Of a stretch of 64,000 bases of DNA, positions 40,062 to 49,756 are shown piece by piece. A program made the position numbers and the translations under genes. The stretch lies in the sequence record MK250028.1; one strand, given 5' to 3'. Numbering within the stretch: the stretch's first letter is position 1; each line of letters opens with the position of its first letter. Under the pieces are notes generated by a model, which worked only from the letters and a program-made list of their open reading frames with translations, did no database searches and was not told the origin of the DNA.

Positions 40062-40073
40062 ACAAAGATACAT
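40062..40073 (-). promoter_or_regulatory. Bacteroidetes-type promoter (-7 TAnnTTTG as TATCTTTG), copy 1 of 6
   Basis: ATGTATCTTTGT on the minus strand upstream of ATG 40037. Confidence 0.8.
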
Positions 40074-40096
40074 ATAATTTTGGAATATAAAAAATA

Positions 40097-40534
40097 TTAC
40101 TTATCTTTTTCTTCTGCATCTACATATTTCCAATACTGTTCTATTATCTTATTCCATAATAATTCATATGAAAACCCATAATTATTATCAGGTCCAAATA
40201 CTTTCATTTCATTTGAAGTAACCACATAATTGATTTGATATTTTCCCCTTTTTATTTTAAAAAAATTATCTTCATTTAATTCGTCTGAACCAGTATAACT
40301 AAATATTCTAATATTATAATGTTTACTTGATGTTATATGAACGCATGCATATAAATATGGTTGATAGTTTATTTTATATACATAATATGTATTTTCACAA
40401 ATTTTATTAAATAGCCATTGTATACATTGTACATCACAAAAATCCGGTATTTCTTTATTAAATGGTGGAAATACAATATTTTCATCCATTACAGGCTTAT
40501 CTTTTTTCTTAAATATGTTATTAAACAGTTTCAT
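40097..40534 (-). CDS. Hypothetical protein (145 aa)
   Basis: Track ORF, ends TAA. Confidence 0.75.
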   Translation of the reverse strand: MKLFNNIFKKKDKPVMDENIVFPPFNKEIPDFCDVQCIQWLFNKICENTYYVYKINYQPYLYACVHITSSKHYNIRIFSYTGSDELNEDNFFKIKRGKYQINYVVTSNEMKVFGPDNNYGFSYELLWNKIIEQYWKYVDAEEKDK

Positions 40535-40537
40535 TAT

Positions 40538-41146
40538 TCAATCTTTAATAATTTTTAAATCATCTGGTATATAACAATCACTACCTAAATATTTAATATA
40601 TTCTTTAACTGGTTTCTTTACTTTTTTCCAATATAGTAAGTTATTATCTTTGCTTTGATAATATATATAACTATCAAAATATGTTATTTCTTCAATATTT
40701 CCATTATGTTCAACTTTACATACTTTATAATTATCTTCATCGAAATAACTTGCAAGATCCATCCATACTAATAAATCTTCTAATATCATTATTGACAACG
40801 GTGAAGTGTTATATGTATTAGTTTTTTTCTTTTCATATATAATATTTCCATTATTATCTTTCAATACTGTTAATCCTTTATAATCACCTGTAATTTGCCA
40901 ATTTGGATTATCAATAAAATATTGTAATAAAAATTCTAATGGTTTTCGCTCGTCTTGGTTTATAGAATAATCTATTGAAAAATTATATTCACTAAACCTT
41001 AAATTATCTTCTATACATTGTCGTATGTCTATAGCAAAATGTTGCTTCTAATCATGTGTTAATGTATAATATTCATATTTAGCAATATTTAATGCATGTT
41101 GATGTGCGGCTATTGTATGTCTACCAATTGCATATCTATATGACAT
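40538..41146 (-). CDS. Hypothetical protein (202 aa, start uncertain)
   Basis: Track ORF 40538..40864 extends through one TAG (41048-41050) to MSYRYAIGRHTIAAH; in-frame TAA at 41171-41173 limits further extension. Confidence 0.65.
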
Positions 41147-41295
41147 CCATACTAAATCTTCATGATAACTTTTATCAAATATATTATCCTAATCTTTTTT
41201 CTTCATATAAAATAAAAAAGTCTATTTATAATTATATAAAAATATACATAAGTTGTTTATTAATAAATATAATAAATAAAAATAAACTAATTATC

Positions 41296-42198
41296 ATGAA
41301 ATTCATTAAATTATTTGATAATAAAGAATAGTTAGATAATTATGCCAATGGAATTTCACATCGAGATGGTGCATTTATACTATCTGAAAAAAAAAAAGAG
41401 AAACTAAGTATTATTGATGAAAGACATCCAGGTCCAAACTGTATTTATGTATAGGATTTAAATATGTCTCCATTATCATTAGAATCAAATTCGTCGAAAG
41501 ATGTAAAAGTTGGCTCAATATTATATGTAAACACTAATAATAAGTTAACATTAAATAATGAACCTGGTAATATGGCAATTGCTATATGTGTATGTCCATC
41601 AGTTACAGAAGATTTTGAAGCTGGTAATTCAACAGGTGAAAGTAAAGTAAAAACTGCACGTTTTTGTAGTCTTTACTATATGAATTAGGATATAGTAGGT
41701 ACTGCTAGTATTAATGATACAACAGTATAGTTTAATATGAAAGGATATACTATAGGAAATACATATGGTAATAGATCTAGTACTAGTTATATTGGTGGTA
41801 AAAAAAATACATAGATATTAGTAGAAAAATCATCATATTATTATGATACTAAAAGATTATTATGTAATATATCATTTTCTAATAGTTATAATGGTGTTTT
41901 TCTTGGCTGTAATGCTGCAGTTTCTGCTGCTGTATATAGTATACGTGGTACAAAAAGAGGTGATTGGTATTTACCATCAGTGGGAGAATTAAAAGAGATG
42001 TATAGTAAAATTTCCATAATCAATCCTATTAGAAAACAACTAGTTAATGAAGAATACAAAATGTAGGGGCATTATTGGACAAGTTATGAATATAATGCAG
42101 ACAATGAATCTGCAATATTATTCACCAATGGTGCTATAACATATGCTGATAAAAAAATGAGTAAAAGAGTAATACCATTTTTAGCAGTTTCTATATAA
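41296..42198 (+). CDS. C-type-lectin-fold (DUF1566/Lcl-like) protein (300 aa)
   Basis: Six TAG read through; GDWYLPSVGEL, HYWTSYE and terminal VIPFLAV; AATAAATATAATAAATA upstream. Confidence 0.7.
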
Positions 42199-42203
42199 AA
42201 TAT

Positions 42204-42240
42204 TAAGGTGATAATATTTTTGAAATATTATCACCTTATT
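42204..42240. terminator. Bidirectional terminator
   Basis: TAAGGTGATAATATTT/AAATATTATCACCTTA stem. Confidence 0.85.
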
Positions 42241-42244
42241 TAAT

Positions 42245-42925
42245 TTACTTCTTATATAAAATATTATCAATCATTCCTTTAGAACCATATGATTTTGCTT
42301 CTTCTGCTGTCATCCAAAAATCTCTATCTGCATCAGATTTAATTTTTTTCATTGTTTGCCCAGAATGATTTGCAATAATATCATAAAGTTCTGTTTTTAA
42401 CTTATTTATTTCTTTACATGTAATTTCTATATCACTTGCTTGGGTATGATCTCCAGTAGATGACATAGGTTGGTGAATCATTACACGTGAATGTGGTAAT
42501 GCGTATCTCTTTCCTTCAGTTCCTGCACAAAGTAATATACTAGCCATACTAGCTGCCATACCGGCACATATAGTAGATACATCAGACCTTATAAATTGCA
42601 TTGTATCATATATCTCTAATCCTGAATATACATCACCACCTGGTGAATTAATATAAATAGAAATATCAGTATTATCTACATTATCAAGATATAATAATTG
42701 AGATGTAATAATATTAGCACTTTCTGCTGTTACAGGATTACCTAAGAAAATAATTCTATCCATCATCAATCTTGAGAATACATCCATTTGTGATACGTTA
42801 AGTTGTCGTTCCTCAAGTATAGTAGGATTTTGATAACCCATATTTATACCATTCATATAATCATGTAAGTAAAGACTACTTACATTTCTTGAATTCATAA
42901 ACTTTTCAAAATCAGTTTTAATCAT
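42245..42925 (-). CDS. clpP: ATP-dependent Clp protease proteolytic subunit
   Basis: MDVFSRLMMDRIIFLG, YINSPGG, GMAASMAS (catalytic Ser), RVMIHQP (catalytic His), RDFWMTAEEA. Confidence 0.95.
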   Translation of the reverse strand: MIKTDFEKFMNSRNVSSLYLHDYMNGINMGYQNPTILEERQLNVSQMDVFSRLMMDRIIFLGNPVTAESANIITSQLLYLDNVDNTDISIYINSPGGDVYSGLEIYDTMQFIRSDVSTICAGMAASMASILLCAGTEGKRYALPHSRVMIHQPMSSTGDHTQASDIEITCKEINKLKTELYDIIANHSGQTMKKIKSDADRDFWMTAEEAKSYGSKGMIDNILYKK

Positions 42926-43418
42926 CTATATTATAGTATTTCTTTCTAAAACATTTTTTTAGTAATGATACAACATGAATATTAGGAAATTCACAAGGAT
43001 TATTAGGATTTGTTTCATTATAAATATCGGGATAACAATCTAATATAAATTTAACAACTCCTTGAGATCTAGATACTCCAGCTGAACAATGAACATAAAT
43101 ATCTTTTCCTAAATTATTCTCTATAAAATTAAATAATTCATTTGCTTGATTATCTGTTAATCCTTTAATTGAATTTGCATATTTAATTTCATCTTCTGTT
43201 ATATCATCTCCATATGCATATAATAAATTATAATCTGTAATATCATAAAAGTCTAAATTAATAACATTATCTCTTGATTTAAATATATGATATTCATCTT
43301 TTGCATTTGGTTCACATATAGATATTATTGCTATATTATCTGGTAATGTATTGTTATCCCATTTATTTTTATTCATTAACGATTTAAATCCGTCAAATCC
43401 TGTACACCAAATTTTCAT
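42918..43418 (-). CDS. Protein-tyrosine/dual-specificity phosphatase-like protein
   Basis: VHCSAGVSRS = HCX5R active-site loop; IISI and FYD upstream. Confidence 0.85.
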   Translation of the reverse strand: MKIWCTGFDGFKSLMNKNKWDNNTLPDNIAIISICEPNAKDEYHIFKSRDNVINLDFYDITDYNLLYAYGDDITEDEIKYANSIKGLTDNQANELFNFIENNLGKDIYVHCSAGVSRSQGVVKFILDCYPDIYNETNPNNPCEFPNIHVVSLLKKCFRKKYYNIDD

Positions 43419-44053
43419 AATTTACTTAATTGAATTTCTAATTCATGTATATGTGATAATTCTTTATCTATCTCATCATTTAAATAATCTATTCTATCTT
43501 GTGATTTTTTAATTAAACGTTTAAGTTCATCTGATAATATATTATTTTCATCAAAATAATTTGAAATAATTTTTTTAATATTATCTATTCCGTTAACAAA
43601 TGTTTTAAATTCATCATCTGTTAATTTAAAAGAAATTTGATTATTTAAATTATAAACATATATTTTTTCTTTTAATGATTTACATTCTTTTAAAAAGAGT
43701 TCTATATTTTCATCTATTATAAAATCTAAATCATAATCAGTAAATTTGACAAAAGTATTAATTTCAAAATTATCATACTTTGGATTAATAAATACGTCGT
43801 TAAATATATAATTTACATAATAGAATAAATCAACTCCATAAATATCATGAAACGAATCTGTATGACATACTATAAAATCTCCTAATTTCATATTAGAAAA
43901 ATATCCATAATCGAAATCAAATATTTTTATTGTTCTATTTAATAAATCAATTGGTATATTATCTTTTAAAATTTTAGGAAAATCATTTTCATCAGGACAT
44001 TCTAATAATTTATGAATATCCTGATATATGTTTTTTAATTTCTCATATTCCAT
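43415..44053 (-). CDS. Hypothetical protein (212 aa)
   Basis: Track ORF; ATGA overlap with the next gene. Confidence 0.75.
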   Translation of the reverse strand: MEYEKLKNIYQDIHKLLECPDENDFPKILKDNIPIDLLNRTIKIFDFDYGYFSNMKLGDFIVCHTDSFHDIYGVDLFYYVNYIFNDVFINPKYDNFEINTFVKFTDYDLDFIIDENIELFLKECKSLKEKIYVYNLNNQISFKLTDDEFKTFVNGIDNIKKIISNYFDENNILSDELKRLIKKSQDRIDYLNDEIDKELSHIHELEIQLSKL

Positions 44054-44055
44054 AT

Positions 44056-44745
44056 TTAAATAAACTTTTTAATATATTTTAATGTATCATGAATATCTTG
44101 AGAAAACTTAAACAATGCTTCCTTTGTTTTAAGATTAATATCTTTATATAGTTGTTCTTTCGTTTCAAACCCTATAGCATCATCTGATTTCATCCATGAT
44201 TTCTGTATAACTGCAGTATGCCTATTACTATCATTAATAGTAATATTATCCCAATTATTACCATATATATTAATTTCTGTATATACAATAGTTACTCTAT
44301 TATTAATAATATTTACATCTTCTAACATAATATAAGTATCATTAATATTATAATCAAAACCACATGGTTCTACACCATATGTTATATCTTTATAAAAATC
44401 ATTATCTACTTTTCGCATAACTTTACCAGTATCTAAATAATTATGCTGAATAAAATCACGTAATTCAATATTATATTGAGATATAAAATTACCGCATGGA
44501 CATTGTTCAGTCAAAAATATTTGCATATTATATGGTAAATATTTAAAATCTTCATTATTAACATTTAAATAACGACGTTTTACTAATTTAAATGTATAAT
44601 CAATATTATTGATATTAATAGTTACTTCTTCCTTTGCACAAAAATCTTGATATGTATGCAACTTATTTAAAAGACGTTTAAATAATGTAGCAACTCTATC
44701 ACAACCTAAATCATTTACTGAAATATCATATACTTCAAAATTCAT
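44056..44745 (-). CDS. Hypothetical protein (229 aa)
   Basis: Track ORF, ends TAA. Confidence 0.75.
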   Translation of the reverse strand: MNFEVYDISVNDLGCDRVATLFKRLLNKLHTYQDFCAKEEVTININNIDYTFKLVKRRYLNVNNEDFKYLPYNMQIFLTEQCPCGNFISQYNIELRDFIQHNYLDTGKVMRKVDNDFYKDITYGVEPCGFDYNINDTYIMLEDVNIINNRVTIVYTEINIYGNNWDNITINDSNRHTAVIQKSWMKSDDAIGFETKEQLYKDINLKTKEALFKFSQDIHDTLKYIKKFI

Positions 44746-44780
44746 AGTTATATTATTTTTTAATTAAACATTCTATTAAT

Positions 44781-44792
44781 ACAAAGATACAT
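44781..44792 (-). promoter_or_regulatory. Bacteroidetes-type promoter TATCTTTG, copy 2
   Basis: ATGTATCTTTGT upstream of ATG 44745. Confidence 0.8.
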
Positions 44793-44814
44793 AAAATTAT
44801 TAAAAATAAAAAAT

Positions 44815-44852
44815 AGTAATTAAGAAAACTAATATTAAATTTCTTAATTACT
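44815..44852 (-). terminator. Putative terminator hairpin
   Basis: AGTAATTAAGAAA/TTTCTTAATTACT. Confidence 0.65.
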
Positions 44853-44863
44853 ATATATTTTAA

Positions 44864-45070
44864 TTACTTTGATGACGAGCTAGATGATGATGGAAATAAT
44901 AATTTAGCAACTGTCATCAAACACAATGCATGAATATATGTAATTGTTGGTAAACCAAATAAATATGGCATAACATAATTCCAACAAATCATAAATATAA
45001 TTGCACCTAAAATAATAAATATAATTGCAACTAAAATAGTTACAATTGATGTCCATATAAAAGTTTTCAT
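44864..45070 (-). CDS. Small two-TM membrane protein (68 aa)
   Basis: Long hydrophobic helix, LFGLPTITYIHAL, second helix, poly-Ser tail. Confidence 0.75.
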   Translation of the reverse strand: MKTFIWTSIVTILVAIIFIILGAIIFMICWNYVMPYLFGLPTITYIHALCLMTVAKLLFPSSSSSSSK

Positions 45071-45075
45071 ATAAT

Positions 45076-45177
45076 TTATTTACTTGTAATTAATGCAAAT
45101 AGAATATTTGATAATACATTAAATCTAAACTTCTTTTTTGCATATCTACCTTTATTTTTTATTTGTTCATACTTCAT
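45076..45177 (-). CDS. Possible 33-aa peptide MKYEQIKNKGRYAKKKFRFNVLSNILFALITSK
   Basis: Fills the operon gap and overlaps the upstream stop; below the track size cut-off. Confidence 0.35.
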   Translation of the reverse strand: MKYEQIKNKGRYAKKKFRFNVLSNILFALITSK

Positions 45178-45391
45178 TATTTCTATTATTATAATAATTA
45201 ATCAAATCAACTTTCATTTCTTTATTAAATTGATTATTTCTTTTTCTATTTCTAATAACTCTATCTTCTGCTATTTCACAATTATAACGTTTCCATTTAT
45301 TTAAAATAGAACGTCTATACTTTGGTTTAATTTTATCTTTATTATCATGCATATAATCATATACAGCTTGTTCTTTAAAATTATTACTCAT
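45167..45391 (-). CDS. Hypothetical basic protein (74 aa)
   Basis: Track ORF, ends TGA. Confidence 0.65.
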   Translation of the reverse strand: MSNNFKEQAVYDYMHDNKDKIKPKYRRSILNKWKRYNCEIAEDRVIRNRKRNNQFNKEMKVDLINYYNNRNNEV

Positions 45392-45433
45392 AGTATATTT
45401 TATAAAGATATTTTATTTTCAAAATAATAAAAA

Positions 45434-45499
45434 ATAAACATCAAAATTGTGGTTCTAAATCTTACTGCTACTTACTAAGACTACAATTTTGATGTTTAT
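45434..45499 (-). terminator. Long terminator hairpin closing candidate ncRNA-1
   Basis: ATAAACATCAAAATTGT/ACAATTTTGATGTTTAT 17-bp stem with a T run on the minus strand. Confidence 0.75.
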
Positions 45500-46243
45500 A
45501 AAAGCAATCATTCATTATCCTGCAGCATCCATATTAGTATAAGTTTCATTGCAATAGAACTTTACAACTATAGTGATAATCCACTTATACATTCTTTTAC
45601 TCTAAAGTCTTTTATATAACTTTATCATACATAATATATGTACTGTCCATCAATAAAAGGTTCTTTATTTCATCATGGTTTTATATCGTATAAACAACCC
45701 TCTGTATATCACTGATTCATTTCTTTACATTTAGAAATCAGAGTCTTTAAGCCTCAACGTTTGGCTGTAACTATTATCCTCAACCATTACCAGATAATGT
45801 CATCTTGTTTTTGTGGTGCATCTCACATACCTCCTTTAATCATAAAACAAGCAAAACTACTAAGACAAATAACGTTTCTTAGAACTTCTACGAATTTACG
45901 CTCATATCAAATCATCATCTGATATAGACACCTAAATTAAGTGAATAAAGTTTACGACTCAATATAAAATTTTATATCTCAACCTTTATCAAAAACGATT
46001 CATTAAATTCTTTTAAGGAACTTATTTCTAATTAAATGAAGGATTCATTTAAAATAGGTTCTCCCGAAAACATGCGGTTTATCCTTACTCATTATAATTA
46101 TAATAAGCGTTGTTTATAGCACTCATTAGAATTCATTATGTATTATCTAACTCTCATTTATAATATTCATAATTTATATGATATTAAAAGCAAAATGTCT
46201 AATATCATATTATAAATTATTTGTCTCGTTAGATATTATCAAA

Positions 46244-46257
46244 ATTTCAAAGAACTC
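46244..46257 (-). promoter_or_regulatory. boxA-like antitermination element GAGTTCTTTGAAAT
   Basis: Exact 14-nt match to 52387-52400; resembles rRNA-leader boxA (GTTCTTTGAAA type). Confidence 0.65.
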
Positions 46258-46280
46258 TTCATTGTTATTTTATTAACAAT

Positions 46281-46292
46281 ACAAAGATACAC
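46281..46292 (-). promoter_or_regulatory. Bacteroidetes-type promoter TATCTTTG, copy 3 (drives ncRNA-1 region)
   Basis: GTGTATCTTTGT; the nearest downstream CDS starts about 890 nt away. Confidence 0.8.
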
Positions 46293-46342
46293 ATTCTTTT
46301 TTAATAAAAAAAATATTCTAAGAAAAAATTAAAAATATTTTT

Positions 46343-47143
46343 TTATCTTACAAAACATGTTGCATATCCATGTTCAACCTTAATAAATAATACTTCACCA
46401 TTTAACCACAATTTATCAAATGGTGTTTTATCACCATTTTCTTGCATATCTTTATGTTCATCAATAGCATATTTCTCAATGTCATCAATACTACCTTTAT
46501 AATAATTCTTTATGTTATCAGATTCAAGATATGCAATTCGCGACTTACATTCGTCAAGAAGTTCTTCAAATACAGGAACAGATTTATTACAAAATCTGTC
46601 ATACTCATTCTGAAAATTAATATTAGATGAACAAATACCATTTGTAATAATACGAGATACATTTTCAAGTTTCTCTAGATTATCAAGGTCTACATAAAAA
46701 TCATCGCATGTAATATCATTATCTTTATACATCACTATAGTATGAATTTTTGCATTCCATAATTCACACCATTTATTTGCTCCATCCTCTACAAGTTGTC
46801 CAAAATCATTATCATGAAAATCAAACATAATCATGAAATTCTTATCAACTGTAATATCATTGGTTTCATATGGATCACCTTTATACTTATGTCCATCATA
46901 AAGGCCTGTAAGATATGAAGAACGGCTTATCCTTAAAATCTCTTTCAAACAAAAATCCTTAATTTTTTTATATTCTTCGTCATTTAGATTATCTGTTCCA
47001 TCAAGTAAATCTAATACTGAGTCATAATATTTTTCTTCATTTTTTACATAGTCATAAGACATATCTACAAATGGCTTGCCGAACATACGAATTTCAGATT
47101 TATTCATATCTTCTTGCATCTTCTTAAGATCTATTTCTTTCAT
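46343..47143 (-). CDS. Hypothetical protein (266 aa)
   Basis: Track ORF, ends TAA. Confidence 0.8.
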   Translation of the reverse strand: MKEIDLKKMQEDMNKSEIRMFGKPFVDMSYDYVKNEEKYYDSVLDLLDGTDNLNDEEYKKIKDFCLKEILRISRSSYLTGLYDGHKYKGDPYETNDITVDKNFMIMFDFHDNDFGQLVEDGANKWCELWNAKIHTIVMYKDNDITCDDFYVDLDNLEKLENVSRIITNGICSSNINFQNEYDRFCNKSVPVFEELLDECKSRIAYLESDNIKNYYKGSIDDIEKYAIDEHKDMQENGDKTPFDKLWLNGEVLFIKVEHGYATCFVR

Positions 47144-47156
47144 ATTTCTTAATTAT

Positions 47157-48092
47157 TTACATTGTTCCATCATTAGGTTGCAAACACATAATTCCATGCT
47201 CTCGCCACATCTTAACCACTTTAGAAGAATCTTCCAATACAAACAATACATTATAATAAGGTTCAATATATTCCTTATATAAATTATATTTACAATCTGG
47301 ACCCTTTGTAAAATTCTTCAAAGGTCTCATTAACACCTTATCAACATTACCAATAAGGTTATTCTTCAACCAATCTTCTGTTGCATGTCTAATATCGTCT
47401 GTATCTTCTCTACCTGTCAATATAATAACATCCACTGATTTATCGGCAATATATGTATTAACAAGTTGGCAAAGTTGCTTACATGGTTTATCATCCCTCA
47501 TGCTATCAGCAGCACCATTACCATAAAATGGCCGACCTTGAAGATTAAAACAAAGTGTAGCATCCATATCTACAAGAATACAATTCTTCTTCGTTTCATC
47601 AAACTTCTTAAAGCTATTATATTGCTTATTATTAAGTTGTGTAGCAATAAAGTTTCTATATCGCCTATAAGTAGATTTGATAACGGATTCACCTATAGGA
47701 TTAGATCTAAATGAATCTCTTCTAATACATTCCTCTACCGATACATCAAAGAAATCCTTAAATTCCAATGTATAATGATACTCATTATGTGTCTCATTAT
47801 ACTTATCAATTCTATCTTGCATTTCTTTCCATCCCTTTGGATTCAGGTTCATATTATCCATAATGATATTCCAACCTTTTTTCATAGGTGATTTAAAAAA
47901 TGCATCTGTCATATCTTTAATAACAGAAAGTTTCTCACGTGATTCTACCCAATACTCACCGAACATGTTTCTAAGAGAATCCCAATTAATTCTAATTCTC
48001 TCAGTTGGTTTTTCCTTTACCCAATGTTCAGCGAATGTAGACTTACCAGACGCTTGAATACCTCTTGTCAATATAATTACCCTTTCTTTCAT
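47157..48092 (-). CDS. pseT: Polynucleotide 5'-kinase / 3'-phosphatase (T4 PseT-like)
   Basis: P-loop GIQASGKST, INWDSLRNM, VEECIRRD, HAD motif DMDAT, ILTGRE, LMRP, FVLED..VVKMWREHGIMCLQ. Confidence 0.92.
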   Translation of the reverse strand: MKERVIILTRGIQASGKSTFAEHWVKEKPTERIRINWDSLRNMFGEYWVESREKLSVIKDMTDAFFKSPMKKGWNIIMDNMNLNPKGWKEMQDRIDKYNETHNEYHYTLEFKDFFDVSVEECIRRDSFRSNPIGESVIKSTYRRYRNFIATQLNNKQYNSFKKFDETKKNCILVDMDATLCFNLQGRPFYGNGAADSMRDDKPCKQLCQLVNTYIADKSVDVIILTGREDTDDIRHATEDWLKNNLIGNVDKVLMRPLKNFTKGPDCKYNLYKEYIEPYYNVLFVLEDSSKVVKMWREHGIMCLQPNDGTM

Positions 48093-48110
48093 TATTACTA
48101 ATTAATATAA

Positions 48111-48647
48111 TTAAAATTCTATTCCAATACCTGCATACCAACTATATCTTGTTGCTGTCACTTGAATATTAAAATGTTTCATATTAAATACAACTGCTCC
48201 ACCATAATCAAAATCTTTAATTTGATCATCAACATTAAATTTATTATGAATACCATTACTATCTGTATGCCAATTATATCCATCTGTTGTACCAGTTGCA
48301 TCATATGCATAACCAACCATAGGAATAACTCGCAACCATTTTGTTATAGGTACCTGATAACCAACATGAAATGTTAACGCTTTATCATCATCCCATGTAT
48401 CTACTCTAACATCACTTCCATGTGAACTTGGCCAACCACCAAAATCTGCATATACACCATAGATCGTAGTAGACATTAATATTTGTTGAAGTCCTAAATC
48501 ATCTGAACATCCAATTCCACCAAAATGAAATCCAAAATTAATTTTTGTATTTGTTTCTTTGAAAATTTCTTTATAATTATTAGCATTTACAGTATTAATA
48601 CTCATAAATGTAAACATCATAATTAGTGTAAAAATAATTTTCTTCAT
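48111..48647 (-). CDS. Outer-membrane beta-barrel protein (178 aa)
   Basis: Sec signal MKKIIFTLIMMFTFMSINTVNA; alternating strands FHVGYQVPI, LRVIPMVGYAY, FDYGGAVVF; C-terminal WYAGIGIEF. Confidence 0.75.
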   Translation of the reverse strand: MKKIIFTLIMMFTFMSINTVNANNYKEIFKETNTKINFGFHFGGIGCSDDLGLQQILMSTTIYGVYADFGGWPSSHGSDVRVDTWDDDKALTFHVGYQVPITKWLRVIPMVGYAYDATGTTDGYNWHTDSNGIHNKFNVDDQIKDFDYGGAVVFNMKHFNIQVTATRYSWYAGIGIEF

Positions 48648-48691
48648 AATTTATATCTTTTAATTGTTTATTATTCTATTTAATTAACAAT

Positions 48692-48703
48692 ACAAAGATA
48701 CAT
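48692..48703 (-). promoter_or_regulatory. Bacteroidetes-type promoter TATCTTTG, copy 4
   Basis: ATGTATCTTTGT upstream of ATG 48647. Confidence 0.8.
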
Positions 48704-48842
48704 AATTTTTAGGAAAATAAAAAATTAATTATTATCAAATACTATATTTTCAACAAAATTAAGTTTCTTATAATTTCTATTCTTTGAATACTTATCGATT
48801 ATTTTTAAAAAATCGACCATAAATCTATAATCAAATTCTGGT

Positions 48843-49061
48843 TTATTCATCTTTTAACATCATTGCAAGAATAACAGATTTCATACATGTCATATATCCT
48901 TTAAGATACATATCTTTCAACATCAACCAAATTCTTTCAAATTCATCTGGTATCTTTTCACTTGTATCATCAGATATATTAGAGACACCGACAATAGTTT
49001 TAAGTTCTCGACGTGCTTGATAATCCGCCATTGCATTTAATTTATTCTTATTAAATTCCAT
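48843..49061 (-). CDS. Hypothetical protein (72 aa)
   Basis: Track ORF, ends TAA. Confidence 0.7.
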   Translation of the reverse strand: MEFNKNKLNAMADYQARRELKTIVGVSNISDDTSEKIPDEFERIWLMLKDMYLKGYMTCMKSVILAMMLKDE

Positions 49062-49064
49062 ATT

Positions 49065-49754
49065 TTATTTGGATTTTAGTCCCAAACAATATTCTTTATT
49101 AATTTTATCAATAAAAGAATTAATTCTAATTCTTAGTAATTCTGATTCTTCTTCAAATTCCTTAATTTTATCAATGTCTTTTTTAATATCATCTATATTA
49201 TGATTTAACAAATATTCATACGTATTAGGTTTAGATACTTTAAAATAATAAATATCTTCATTCATAATATTATTATGATTTAAAGCGCATGATAAATGAT
49301 AAGATTCCTCATTTGCAGATGAACCATGATAACCATATCCATCACTTTCAAAATATATACATAATGGTCCATAACTATAATGTCCACCTGGATATACAGT
49401 TGTTCTTAATGAGTTAATATGAAATGATTTACATATATTATATTTCTTATCTAAATAATCATTCAATAACTTATTAATACTCATCATTTGAAGGTCTAAT
49501 AATCTATCTAAATTTATATCATTATTCTTACTTATATATACACTGGAAACTTCTTTTACAACTGAGTCAATATCTAATTCATAATTCTCGTCTGTATATA
49601 AATGAAGAATACAAAGAAATAATCTATGTATATATTCTTTCTTATCGTAATTTATATATGCAGTTTTTAATTTTTCTACATAATCATCTGTCACCTTCTT
49701 ATTGATGTTATATTCGATATTCTTTATAAATTCTTTTTGCTCATTCTATGTCAT
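49065..49754 (-). CDS. Hypothetical protein (229 aa), TAG at codon 3
   Basis: Track GTG start extends to ATG ACA TAG AAT at 49754, 2 nt after the upstream TGA. Confidence 0.75.
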
Positions 49755-49756
49755 AA

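Larger units (their letters stand above)
45434..46272 (-). ncRNA. Candidate large structured ncRNA-1 (~840 nt)
   Basis: No sizeable ORF seen; bounded by promoter 46281-46292, boxA-like 46244-46257 and terminator; many stems (CTAAGA/TCTTAG, CTTGTTTT/AAAACAAG, GTATAAGT/ACTTATAC, AGCC/GGCT). Confidence 0.55.

Noticed and set aside
41140-41230. Possible frameshift or pseudogenised 5' end of gene 40538..41146, and an AGTCTA -35-like site at 41219
   Set aside because: In-frame TAA/TGA upstream could just mean the start is ATG 41146; no -10 box at 17 nt; reads are needed to test for an indel.
41387-41397. A11 tract as a phase-variation switch
   Set aside because: Currently in frame (Glu-Lys-Lys-Lys); homopolymers are common at this AT content and no variation data are available.
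45815-45840. AAAGGAGGT followed by ATG in ncRNA-1 as a ribosome-binding site
   Set aside because: The ATG is followed immediately by TGA, and Bacteroidetes rarely use SD sequences.
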